DNA from: Chiloscyllium plagiosum | Taxonomy: Eukaryota | Direction: 5' to 3' | DNA length: 64,000 nucleotides | Assembly (NCBI RefSeq): GCF_004010195.1 | Contig: NC_057722.1 | Span: forward strand, 45,341,557-45,405,556 | Part shown: positions 1 through 11,790 of the stretch, piece by piece | Position numbering within the stretch: position 1 is the first letter of the stretch | Layout: every line of letters starts with the position of its first letter | The notes under the pieces: model-generated | The model's input: only the letters and a program-made list of their open reading frames with translations | Database searches by the model: none | Told to the model about the DNA's origin: nothing | Translations under genes and position numbers: made by a program

Positions 1-829
1 CCATCACCACCTTGGGAAATTATTTCCTCTGCAGTATTGTATAACAAAGTCATAAGTCCAGCCTTTATAAATTTGTTTAATTATATGTAACCTATAAACT
101 CTTTTATTTTGCCTGTGCATTTTATTTCTGGATTTTAAATTTAAATGGTATATTTATATGGAAAAGGGACTGATTTCAGTGCTGTGTGGAAGCCAGATGG
201 GCACAATACCTGCTAATTACATCGACACTGAATAGATAATTAGAGCTGAATAAAACTGTTAATGACAGCACAAATGGTTGAAAACAGTAGAGGTTGATTT
301 AAGGCAGACAAGAAATTACAGCAAAACAGGAAAAACCAAGCCAATGGAAGACCACTTGGGAATATGCTAACCAACCAACAGCTGAACGTACACCCAATTA
401 ACAAATCCACATCCAGAAGGGAATTGTGGTTGTGCTATTTCAAAACCTGTGTATTCTGTGTGTTAGTCCCTGAAACTGACCCACACAGTAGCACACAAGA
501 AAGACAGAAGAGATGTATTGTTAAGAATGATCTTGTGAATAAAGCAGTCAGAACTTGGTCAAACATCACTCCACCTGATTAATCACCTGAAGGATGACTG
601 TGTGATTTAATTGCAACTATTTTCTCTAAAATTTTCAATAAACATGTTGGATTTTATATGAGGTTGCGTTAGTTGTAATTATTGGTCTCCAAACTTAAAC
701 TAAAAGACTGTACTGAAACATAAAGAAATCAGGTCAAGAGTATGAGATGTAAAGCTCATTCTGTAGTCAAATGTGACACCTGCTTAATCTCAGAATGCTG
801 CAAGAGGAGGAATGAAATTAATAGTCATG

Positions 830-1510
830 AAACAGTTTGAGCATGAGTAGAACTTCAGCACATAGTGATAATTAGTGTTTGAATAGCTTGGGATCACACA
901 GAGCTTGATGCAGCCATACACAAAGCAGCCATCAGGATGAAGGTAACCTTAGATACATATTTTCTCCCTTTCTGTAGAGATTTGGACATCGTGTACCAGT
1001 AGATTAAGTCTAATTTTGTTCTTAAGACAATGCAGAAGGTGTTTCTGGTAAGCATTATGGAGCGGGAGCAGATTATGGGCCAGACTTGCACCACACAAAG
1101 CAACACTGAGATTGCCTCACAGCTGATGTGCAGATTCTCAGCTGCAGTGAAGAGGGATCATCCTTTCATCATGCCCAGTTTCTATTTCACCATGGCTACC
1201 CATTCCTTTCAGTTCACAGGCCTGATCTTCCCAAACCAATGCCTTGGTATCTTCAGTTGGATAAACCCAACAGTGAAGGGACAAAGGATTGATGAGCCTA
1301 TTTCCTAAAGAACATCACTTCACCCCTGCTATAATTCATTTTGACTCCCAAGGCTACTCTGAACTGGACACAATTGCCCACCATTTGGAAATTAAGATCA
1401 GATCTGAGCAGCAGATGGAGACATTTTCCATGTTACAATTGTTGGATCCTGCCACAATGCTGTGCAATGCTCCAATTAATTCAACAGTGCTGTATCCTGT
1501 CTGATGATTT
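830..1510 (-). mobile_element. L1/Tx1-clade LINE ORF2 relic (RT and post-RT), inverted 5' segment
   Basis: Minus-strand translation across stops and frameshifts gives decayed Tx1-like motifs: NMENVSICCSD (YMDDVAVFCSD-like), LLCVVQVWP, TMSKSLQKGRKYVSKVT, FVYGCIKLC, YHYVLKFY. Confidence 0.65.
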
Positions 1511-2000
1511 CCTTTGTAGACTGTCAAAGTCATATGGCATAATGCTTCATCACCAGTACTTGCAAACATGTACCAAAATTAAATTTGGCTGGTGATGAAC
1601 AGAGTCCTCCTATCAGATCCTTCCTGCACTCTCACCCTGCTCTCAAGATGATTGTGGTGGAGAAGAGACCATTGTCCACCTCCTTTCGGAATGTGTTTTC
1701 ACAAAGCCGGTCTGAAAAAAAAAAGCAATTGCTCCTATGAAGTTCATCCCAAACAATTACAAAACACAGAACTTTCAATGGTGCATGCCTATCTGTGTCC
1801 ATCATCCAGGGAGCTCTGGTTTTGATTGTCGTGTTTCCCTTCAGAGGGATATACTTTGACTGTATCTGAAGCATCATTTCTTTCAAGGCAAATCACTTTG
1901 CTGAAAGATTGAAAGGAAAGGTTAAAGGTTAAGGCAGGACATATTGCTGTGACAAATTCCATAAAATCCATTGAATGCAGTGTAAGGAAATGACTTGAAA
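1508..2000 (+). mobile_element. L1/Tx1-clade LINE ORF2 C-terminal relic (zinc-finger region)
   Basis: Plus-strand TVKVIWHNASSP, IRSFLHS and CSQDDCGGEETIVHLLSEC (C-x4-C...ET..H...C type finger) are recognisable despite stops. Confidence 0.7.
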
Positions 2001-3064
2001 CAACATCACCTAAAGCAGGATAAGAAAATACAGATCTAAATAAAGTTGTAAATATCTACAAAGTACATTCCTCCAACTGAACTCAAACCCCATTCTCAAC
2101 ATGTAATCAGTTTTTGACTTGAATTCTAAAATATTATCTGCTGATATTTTAAAATATTCCTGTCTCAGAAATCCGATTAGCCCATACTGTGAGCACATTA
2201 ACTGTCACATTTCCCAATTTAAAAAAAAACTGCTTTAAAAATACTTCATTGAAAGTGAAGTGGTTTGGGATGATTTCCAGCCATGGAAGACCCTATATAC
2301 ATGTAAATTATGAAACTTTATTAGAAGCTTATGATAACCAAGAAATTAGTAGAATTGTGAGCAAAAACATTAGGTATTTTAGAAGTGAATTCTCTGAAAA
2401 AGGCAACTTCATCCATCAAAGCACTAACATTCCATTTCTGTGAATTACAAGCTGTTTATTTTCATATTCAACATGAGTTGAATAGAATTTGAAACATATG
2501 GTAATGATTTTAACAGCTCATTTCCTGGTGTAACCTCTATTAACAGGCCATGTATTCTACTGAAATGTTGTCCTTATTATGACGAATGTTTAGATACTTT
2601 TAAAAAAAAGACTAGATTAGCAGTAAATGAAAAACTGCACCAAACTGTCATTTGAGTTACTCAACTAATTGTGCTGAGTAGAAATCGCACATTATTTTAA
2701 CTCACCAGTTTTTGACATGCACTTTTGTCACACCAATTTTCATATTGATTAAACACATTGAGCAATCATTGTTTGAAGGTTATAAGCCTACAAAGTATAA
2801 ACAAACATTTGAATGTGTGCTGTTATTGTCAATAGGTGGCGGCCTTTCACCACATCCAAGTGTTCAGGAAATAATGACAAACTCAAAAGTTAATCTCATG
2901 TTCCTTTCTCCTGTAAAATTGAAACGATCAATCATTTAACTTCACACACTGATCTTTCTTATTGATTTAAATCTGGCAGCTCCAGACCTTTGTATGATAT
3001 GATGTTTTCAATCAGGAGAAAATGCTGCATTCAGTAATAAGCCAAAGCAAAACAAAAGGATCTT

Positions 3065-4350
3065 AGAATCATAGGATAGTTACAGCCCAGGTGGCTACTC
3101 AGTCCACAGTCTCTGTACTGCTTCCTGAAGGATCAGTTCACCAAATCTCACATCACATCTTCTCCCCATAGCCTGCACATGGATTTGTTCCAGATAATAA
3201 ATTAATTCCCTCTTGAATGCCTCAAATGAATCTGACTTCATCACATTCCTAGGCAGCATATTCCAGATCCTAATCACTTACTGCATGAAAAAACTTTTCC
3301 TCATATCATCATTACTTTTTTTTCCAATAGCCTTACATCTGTTATTGATTCTCTATCCTTCCACCACTAAGAGCAGTTTGTCTTTATCTATGTTGTCCAG
3401 ACTCCTTGTGATTTTAAATACCTCTATCAGATCTTTCTCTCAGCCTTCCCTTCTCCAAGGAAAACAGTGCCAACTTCTCCAATCTATCTCCGTCACCACT
3501 TTTCAAAGTAGGGGGGTCATGACCCTCAGTGAGGTTGTGAGCTGAAATTTTGGAGCCGAAAGCTTCAAGGCAGTGATGGTCAGCACAGAGTTCCATCCCT
3601 TGCCCCCACTCTCACACGTCTTCTCTCCTCCATCATCCAGTTTCTTATTTCTTACTGAGGGTTGATGACAAATTTCAACCCTTGAAATGGAGTTATAGTG
3701 GGATTTTTTTGGAATTATATGGCCTATTGATAAAACCCAGTTAATTTATTAACCACTCTCTCAACCTATTGTGCCACTTTCAGTGACTTGCACGTGTACA
3801 CTCCCAGGTCCCTCAACTGCTGCACCCCATTTAGAATTGAGCCTTTTATTTTATGTTGTCTTTTCATCTTCTTCCGACCAAAATGAATCATGTTACACTT
3901 CTCTACATTAAATTTCATTTTCCAGCTTGTCTACCCATTCAACCAATCTGTCTTCAAAGCTCTTTGAAATTCTGCCTAATCCTCCTCACAGTCCACAATA
4001 TTTTCAAGTTTGGGTACCATCTGCCTACTTCACTAAGACCTAAGTCATTAATACATATCAGGAAAAGCAGAGGTCCAAACATTAGCCTTCCTTCAGACTG
4101 AAAAACATCAGCAAATCACTATTTTCTGTTTCCTGTCACTCAGACAATTCTGTGTCACATCTCCTTTATTCTATGAGCTCTAACTTTGGTCATAGGTCTG
4201 TCATTTGGAACGTTATTGAATGCCTTTTAGAACTCCATTTAGACCGCATCGGGAGCAACGGATACCAACAGCATGTGAACTCTCATTGTTACCTTCTCAA
4301 GAATATAAGCAAATTGGTTAAATATGATTTACTCTTAAGAAATTTGGGAT
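3065..4350 (-). mobile_element. Old CR1 LINE 3' portion, interrupted by an unrelated insert at ~3490-3720
   Basis: CR1-type tail (agaatcatagga on +). ORF 3095-3277 IWNMLPRNVMKSDSFEAFKREL is a CR1 ORF2 C-terminus. Further decayed RT sequence runs to ~4350. Confidence 0.7.
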
Positions 4351-4772
4351 AGCGTTTTTTGCATATTTGGCCGAGCAGCTATTAATTTTGTCTTGCAATG
4401 CAAATTGTTTTGCGTAAAAATATTTTACACTGGTATTTCTGTAAGACGCTCAATATTATAATGAAGCTTACCATCCAATTAATTCAATGGAGAGATAGAT
4501 TTTGCCATGTTGGGTTGTAACAGAAATAGTTCCATCTTAAATTATGTTCAACAGCAAAAAACTTGATTGGTTGCCAACAAATTTACACAAAGAATTTGAT
4601 CAATTATTTTATGCAATAATACATTTGAAAATTAAACTAAGACAATGGTAAATGAGAGAAAGATGAGTACCAAACTGCCAACTCTGAATGCACCTTCATG
4701 GAATAAATAACATTCTGGATTAGAGTGGTGCTGGAAAAGCACAGCAGTTCAGGCAGCATTCGAGGAGCAGGA

Positions 4773-4809
4773 AAATCGACGTTTCAGGCAAAAGCCCTTC
4801 ATCAGGAAT
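4773..4809 (-). ncRNA. Minimal hammerhead ribozyme motif in PLE pseudo-LTR
   Basis: Minus strand reads attc-CTGATGA-agggc-tttt-gcct-GAAA-cgTC-gatt: CUGAUGA core, stem II, GAAA, GUC site. Stem I is weak. Confidence 0.65.
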
Positions 4810-5014
4810 GGAGGCAGGGAGCCTGAAGGGTGGAGAGATAAATGTGAGGAGGATGGGGATGGGGAGAAAGTAGCATAGACTATAATAGGTGAATGGGGGT
4901 GGGGATGAAGATGATAGGTCAGGGAGGACGGTGGGGGAAGGTAGCAAAGAGTACAATGGGTGAATGGGAGTGGGGCTGGAGGTGATAGGTCAGAGGGGAT
5001 GGTGGAGCAGATAG

Positions 5015-5618
5015 NNNNNNNNNNNNNNNNNNNNNNNNNNNNNNNNNNNNNNNNNNNNNNNNNNNNNNNNNNNNNNNNNNNNNNNNNNNNNNNNNNNNNN
5101 NNNNNNNNNNNNNNNNNNNNNNNNNNNNNNNNNNNNNNNNNNNNNNNNNNNNNNNNNNNNNNNNNNNNNNNNNNNNNNNNNNNNNNNNNNNNNNNNNNNN
5201 NNNNNNNNNNNNNNNNNNNNNNNNNNNNNNNNNNNNNNNNNNNNNNNNNNNNNNNNNNNNNNNNNNNNNNNNNNNNNNNNNNNNNNNNNNNNNNNNNNNN
5301 NNNNNNNNNNNNNNNNNNNNNNNNNNNNNNNNNNNNNNNNNNNNNNNNNNNNNNNNNNNNNNNNNNNNNNNNNNNNNNNNNNNNNNNNNNNNNNNNNNNN
5401 NNNNNNNNNNNNNNNNNNNNNNNNNNNNNNNNNNNNNNNNNNNNNNNNNNNNNNNNNNNNNNNNNNNNNNNNNNNNNNNNNNNNNNNNNNNNNNNNNNNN
5501 NNNNNNNNNNNNNNNNNNNNNNNNNNNNNNNNNNNNNNNNNNNNNNNNNNNNNNNNNNNNNNNNNNNNNNNNNNNNNNNNNNNNNNNNNNNNNNNNNNNN
5601 NNNNNNNNNNNNNNNNNN
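5015..5618. other. Assembly gap
   Basis: 604 N inside a PLE. Confidence 1.
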
Positions 5619-7539
5619 CAGGTTTTACAGTTCCTGCGGTGGGAGGGGATAGTGCCAGGATGGGAGGGTGGGTGGTAGGGGGGCGTGGACCTGACCAGGT
5701 AGTCACGGAGGGAACGGTCTTTGCGGAAGGCGGAGAGGGGTGGGGAGGGAAATATATCCCTGGTGGTGGTGTCTGTTTGGAGGTGGCGGAAATGTCGGCG
5801 GATGATTTGGTTTGTGCGAAGGTTGGTAGGGTGGAAGGTGGGCACCAGGGGCGTTCTGTCCTTGTTGCGGTTGGAGGGGTTGGGTCTGAGGGCGGAGGTG
5901 CGGGATGTGGACGTGATGCGTTGGAGGGCATCTTTAACCACGTGGGATGGGAAATTGCGGTCTCTAAAGAAGGTGGCCATCTGGTGTGTTCTGTGGTGGA
6001 ACCGCTCCTCCTGGGAGCAGATACGGCGGGGGCGGAGGAATTGGGGATACGGGATGGCATTTTTGCAAGAGGTAGGGTGGGAAGAGGTGTAATCCAGGTA
6101 GCTGTGGGAGTCGGTGGGTTTGTAGAAAATGTCAGTGTCAAGTCGGTCGTCACTGATGGAGATGGAGAGGTCCAGGAGGGGGAGGGAGGTGTCAGAGATG
6201 GTCCAGTTAAATTTAAGGTCAGAGTGGAATGTGTTGGTGAAGTTGATGAATTGCTCAACCTCCTCGTGGGAGCACGAGGTGGCACCAATGCAGTCATCAA
6301 TGTAGCGGAGGAAGAGGTGGGGAGTGGTGCTGGTGTAACTACGGAAGATGAACTGTTCTACGTAGCCAACAAAGAGACAGGCATAGTTGGGGCCAATACG
6401 GGTGCCCATGGCTACCCCATTGGTCTGGAGGAAATGGGAGGATTCGAAGGAGAAATTGCTAAGGGTGAGGACCAGTTCGGCCAAACGAATGAGAGTGTTG
6501 GTGCAAGAGTACTGTTGGGGACGTCAGGAAAGGAAGAAACGGATGGCTTAGAGGCCCTGGTCATGGCAGATGGAGGTGTAGAGTGATTGGATATCCATGG
6601 TGAAGATGAGGCATTGGGGGCCGGGGAAACTGATGTCTTGGATGAGGTGGAGGGCATGGGTGGTGTCTCGAACTTATGTGGGAAGTTCCGGGACCAAAAC
6701 GTCGATTTTCCCGCTCCTCGGATGCTGCCTGAACTGCTGTGCTTTTCCAGCACCACTCTAATCCAGAATCTGGTTTCTAGCATCTGCAGTCATTGTTTAT
6801 ACCTCTGGAATATATAACAGGCATGATGTAAGTCAATTATCTGTCTGGAGTCTAAAAACCAGAGGTGGAATATTTGAACTATTTTGTGATACCTGAAAGT
6901 AGAATATCCTATTCCTTCAATACAACTTTTCATAAACCCAATCAGTGTAATCAAGCTAAAATCTTCCAAAGACAGACGATGTAACAGTCTAACTAATGAT
7001 GGTTCCCCTTGTCACTGAGTTTCTCTGAAGTCAGCCCTTTCAGGGAACCCATCATTAATCTGGGGCTGGGGGTTAGTCGGTAAGGTTTCTGACTGCAGGT
7101 GGCAGTGCAGTCAAGTCCTGATCGAATATCTTCCAGCTGAGCTCATTCGAACCGGGATCAGGAAGCAGGCTGCCGCGTTTCATTGCTGCTGCTCCGGGCG
7201 GAGATAAGCTGAAACAGGCCATCTTTCTGCTTCTGTGGAACTCAAACCCTAAACTGCATGAAGCCTTGGGGGCACCCTCCCCATCCCCTTGGGAGCACAG
7301 TGCAATCTAGTGATGGAATCCGTGCTCCTCCCCTTTTCGCCCAGTTTAGGAGCGCAACATTATCATGAACAATTCACACGCTGTACTCCCAGTTGGTCGT
7401 ACTCCATTCAAGTACTTCCATGAACTGAAACATGCGCTGGCAATGTCTCGAATCTTATTACATATTAATCACATTGAAACGCAAAGTGCATTTTTTTTTA
7501 AAATTAGATTCATTGTGCCCTGTTTGGGGGATAAATCAA

Positions 7540-7760
7540 TGGTGATAACTTCCTCTATGTGAGGCGGTGTTGCTCCTCCCCGCTCCAGTGACTGGATGGT
7601 TCACTCCACTCTATATTTACATCTCTCAGCCCGGGACTGTATCAACTTAACATCGAGTCAGTGTCAGAAACATGAGAAGTGCAAGAGATCTGAAGGCAGC
7701 TAGTGAGCGGTCACCGAGGGGAAAGCCGGCCCGGATAATGGACAATGATCGGGGGCGGCG
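7540..7760 (+). promoter_or_regulatory. Putative FAM43A core promoter / 5' leader
   Basis: CpG-enriched relative to the flanks, with TATA-like ctatattta at ~7611-7619 about 200 bp upstream of the ATG and GC-box-like ggggcggcg at ~7752. Confidence 0.45.
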
Positions 7761-7764
7761 CTAA
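7672..7764 (+). other. Candidate upstream ORF (30 aa) in the FAM43A leader
   Basis: aacATG...TAA encodes MRSARDLKAASERSPRGKPARIMDNDRGRR and ends 50 nt before the main ATG. A second uORF lies at 7745-7789. Confidence 0.4.
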
Positions 7765-7814
7765 TTGCCCGATCGTCCTAAGATTTTAACAATCCAAATC
7801 TCCCGATACCAGCG

Positions 7815-8882
7815 ATGTTACCTTGGAAGAAAAACAAATTGGACTTGGTCGAGAAGCGGCAGCCGAAGCAGCTCGGTTACTCGGTGAGTCTGAACTACAG
7901 CAGTCTGACTTCCTTCACCCGTGCGTGCCCGGACCTGGTGTCAGAGAGCGCTCTCAACCGAGTCTGCAGCATGTTCAAATCCAGGAGGAGGAAGATCACC
8001 ATCACCGGGGAAGATCCCACCTACACAGTCTTATACCTCGGCAATGCCACCACCATCCAGTCCAAAGGGGAAGGCTGTGCCGATGTGGCCGTGACCAAAA
8101 TCTGGTCCAAAAGTGAACAGGGTAAAAACGGCACCAAGATGAAGCTGACCATCAGTTCTCAAGGAATCCGCATGGTCCATGTGGACGGCAAGGCGAAGAG
8201 ACCCGGCCATCTCTACCTTTTACACAGGATCACCTACTGTGTGGCGGATCCCAGATCGCCCAGAATCTTCGCCTGGATCTACCGACACGAACTGAAGCAC
8301 AAGGCGGTCATGCTGAGATGCCACGCCGTGTTGGTCTCCAAAGCCGAGAAGGCGAAGGCGATGGCCCTGCTCCTGTACCAGACCACCAGTAACGCCCTGG
8401 CCGAGTTTAAGAGGCTCAAGAGGAGGGACGATGCCAGGCACCAGCAGCAGAAGCTGATCGGGGAGCAGACCATCCCCCTAGTGCCCCTCAGGAAGCTGAT
8501 GAACGGTCAGTGCAGTTACAAGCCCCCGGTGGAAAGGAGCCGGAGCGCCCCGAAGCTGGGCTCCATCACCGAGGACCTGGTGGGAGAGCAACAGGAAGAG
8601 AAAGCCGACCTGGAGCTGAGTCTGGAGTACGAGGACATTCTGGACACTGTGGAAGCCTCAGACAGAAACGAGCAGCAGGACCTTTGTGAAATGATCAGTG
8701 ATCTGGGCCAGCTGACTATAGGAAACGATGTCCAGTTACTGAGAGCTGATCTGAGAGTGACCAGGTTACTATCTGGGGAAAGTACGAGCAGCGAGTCATC
8801 CCTGGGAAGCGGGGCGAGTGATCAGGAGCCCGTGGTTGCGACGGATGGCAGTGAAGACGGCGACTTGCAAGAAATGGGATAA
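7815..8882 (+). CDS. FAM43A: Protein FAM43A (PTB/PID-like domain), single coding exon
   Basis: Intact 355-aa ORF: MLPWKK start, GYSVSLNYSSL, EDPTYTVLYLGNATTIQ, HLYLLHRITYCVAD, YRHELKHKAVMLRCHAVLVSK, YKPPVERSRSAPKLGSITEDL. These match vertebrate FAM43A as I recall it, rather than FAM43B. Confidence 0.95.
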   Translation: MLPWKKNKLDLVEKRQPKQLGYSVSLNYSSLTSFTRACPDLVSESALNRVCSMFKSRRRKITITGEDPTYTVLYLGNATTIQSKGEGCADVAVTKIWSKSEQGKNGTKMKLTISSQGIRMVHVDGKAKRPGHLYLLHRITYCVADPRSPRIFAWIYRHELKHKAVMLRCHAVLVSKAEKAKAMALLLYQTTSNALAEFKRLKRRDDARHQQQKLIGEQTIPLVPLRKLMNGQCSYKPPVERSRSAPKLGSITEDLVGEQQEEKADLELSLEYEDILDTVEASDRNEQQDLCEMISDLGQLTIGNDVQLLRADLRVTRLLSGESTSSESSLGSGASDQEPVVATDGSEDGDLQEMG

Positions 8883-11549
8883 TTGTACAATTGCTTCAAG
8901 TTTTCTTTGCGGTCGGCTTCCCATTACAACACGAACTGACAGTGTGTTATTCCCCCCACCCCTATCTCACCATTACACTAACAATAAGATGCTAAAAGAG
9001 GGGAAAACCATAACTGTGTGCAGTGAAGAGAAAGGAAAAGCACAGAACAGACTTTTTTTAAAAGGGCACTAACCGGCTTACGATTTGTGTCGACTTTAAT
9101 CGTTGCTTTAATCAGTAAGTGGAGAGTTTAACATTTAGAAATGGAAGTTGCGATTTGTGTGTGCCGGTTTGCTCCCTGTTTACAAGAAACTTCCCGTGGA
9201 AGCCGGGACCCTCTTGAAACTGACCAGGCGTTGATCCAGCTCTCTCCGCCCTATTCACTGCAACATCTCGCACAGTGGCTGCTATTGACCATTTTAGCAT
9301 CAAATTCCCTCTCCTCACGCATCTCCCTCCAAGCCACAACTACAGTTTGTAAAAGGACGGGCAGCACCGCAGTGTTATTCCTGTGCAGTATTTCAGTAAT
9401 GTGACTGGCAGATAAACTAGAAATAGATGGATCACCATTATCAAAGGTTCTGCCATACTTAGAGTAATTGGCTGGTCTCAGCTGTGCAAAGTAAAACATC
9501 ACATTTTGGCAAATTCATTAACGTTTTCCAATAGTAACCACATCCCACAATGTAATCATATGTGTCAGATCTGACAGATCATACCTCATTTTGAGAACTT
9601 AATTTCTCATACCCTTTGGTTTCAGAACTGGACCTCATTTCCTTGTTTTTCAGATCTAATTTGATCGGACTATGTCTAGGGGTGTCTGAAATGTATTCAA
9701 CACTATTTTGGCTCAGGCTATATTCTGGTGTCCCTAGCATCCACCTTAAACTTGAGTTAACGTAATGACTATTGAGGAACCTAATTCCTATTTAATGTTC
9801 CTGCCCTGAAACTGGTCAAAAATTAGGCAGAGTTGACACTGCAGAAGTTCTGATTAGTTTTACCAGAACTATTGCTACCTAAGCAATGTTTTTTGAGGGA
9901 ATGGATGGAGGTCACCAATACTAGGACAAGCAAACTTGTTTTTACTTAATGTGGAGCCAGAAGAAGCAGTAGTCTAACTCTTCACTACACCATTGAAGTT
10001 AGCAGCCACATTACTTTGCCTGATCCCTTTCACCTCCACCCTTAGACCTACTATAGAGCTGTTTCTGACCTCAGAGCTAGCCAGTCTTGTTCTGGGTTGG
10101 ACAGGACAGGTGAACTTCACTGGAATGCCCAGTTGTCACTTGGCAATCATCGGTTTTGTGGTAATGAAATCCATTGACGAATTCCCAGTAAATCACATGC
10201 TTTCCTCTTAGGGAACTCATGTTACAGTCAGACAATGTGACCTGTGTTTGTATTCAGGCATGAACCAATTTCTTCCCCAAAGAATATGTTTCAGTCATGA
10301 TTGTAGCTACTACCTAGTGTTTTGCCATTTCATTATGTTAATTTGCAATAGTCTTAATTGTTAAGGAAAATCTTAATGACAATTTAATTAATTGTTCTGT
10401 CTTTACGATTTAATTCCTCCCCTCAGTCAGTTCTTCATCTTTAGCTTTAATGGCTTCATGATGGCTTGCTCTTTTGAAATATCAGTGGTTACTTTCTCCC
10501 TCATGTCGTTGTCTTTCATTTGATTTCCCTTTGTGCTGATGGAAGAAGTTGTTGGTTTGAATGTCCAAAATCTGAAGCTTTCCTCAGAGACACACCAAAG
10601 TTATACATAAAGAATCATGTTCCCTGCATTTTCTATTTGGAAACATTATGTTTTGAGACACTTGGCAAGTCCCAGAAAAGACTATTGATTCAAAGGAGAT
10701 CTTTGAAATCTGTTGAAAGATATTTTGTATTAAATACACATTTTGAAGACTGAACAACATGTCTACACACGTTAACACCTCTTATCCAATTCAGCTACTT
10801 TGATTTCAGAAATCTAGAATGCATGTTAAAATCAGAAGGGAAACCAAAAAATGATTTTTGAAAGAGGACACATCTGGTATCTTATACAGACTTTGTGTAT
10901 GAAAAATCATAAGTTTAAATCAATGAGACACTCTATATTATAGTATCAATTTAACATAAAGGTCAGCACTGTGAAAGTAATTACTGCACTATTAGGAACT
11001 TTTGCCATTTAGATTAATGGCTCCATAAAATTCTATCGATGGTCAAAGATATCTAATTAACACACAATATTTTTGCCACAGAGGTACAATAATCTGGTAA
11101 AATAAGTTGGGAGTTGCAATCAATGCTGAAGGAAATTATGTAATGTCTTCTTAACAAACCATAGAGGTAATGTTGATTTTGGATGATGGTGTAAAATGGC
11201 CGACAATGAATTATCTTTACACTGACTGTAAAGTCAATAGAAACAAAAGATTGTGAGAGCTGAAAACCTGGCTGCCAACTTGCTGTCACCCATTTTAGAG
11301 TATTGCAACTTTATCAGAGTGTGTTAAGACAAAGAAAAACAATCTATATTACATTGAAGTTATTATTGGATTTGACTGAATAGATTCTCATCAATGTATA
11401 GAATGAATTCTTTACATTTGTAATTTCTCATTATGGAATGAACACTATTTTTCACATTCAGTTAAATACCATGTTTAATAGTCTTAAGTATTTGTTTACA
11501 ACCTCTTAACTGAGTCACAGAATTTATCCTTGCCTGTTACGCTCTGTGG

Positions 11550-11790
11550 TTTGTATATTGCACTGTTGTGACTTCTTAACCAGTGTTTTATTGTCTGTAA
11601 ATAATTTTGTCATCAGATATAATATCATTTCTTTGCTGTGCGAATGAAGGATGCAGCAAGCATTGGGTGTCCTAACCGTACTGTACATACTGAATGTAAA
11701 TCTGTACAAGCAAGATAGATGTTATTTTTTTGAATATTTGATGAAAAAGTGTCCATACTTTTTTGTTGACACAAACTCAAACAATAAAGT
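11550..11790 (+). promoter_or_regulatory. Probable distal FAM43A 3' UTR with Pumilio sites and a poly(A) signal
   Basis: TGTAAATA (11596-11603), TGTACATA (11682-11689), TTGCACTG (11558-11565) and AATAAA (11783-11788). No recognisable TE lies between the stop codon and this point. Confidence 0.5.

Larger units (their letters stand above)
4713..6805 (-). mobile_element. Penelope-like retroelement, 5'-truncated, with inverted pseudo-LTR ends
   Basis: RT motifs QTNGVAMGT, FLRYIDDC, FYKPTDSHSYLDYTSSHP. The left end (4713-4810) is the reverse complement of 6696-6768. Flanked by tggaataaataaca (4699-4712) and tggaatatataaca (6806-6819). The GIY-YIG region falls in the N gap. Confidence 0.93.

Noticed and set aside
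5639-6586. 315-aa plus-strand ORF and 436-aa alternative minus-strand ORF
   Set aside because: These are antisense and alternative-frame shadows of the C-rich PLE RT, with low-complexity composition.
7815-8882. FAM43B as the identity of the gene
   Set aside because: The N-terminus and NATTIQ/YRHELKHK motifs fit FAM43A as I recall it. A phylogeny would confirm.
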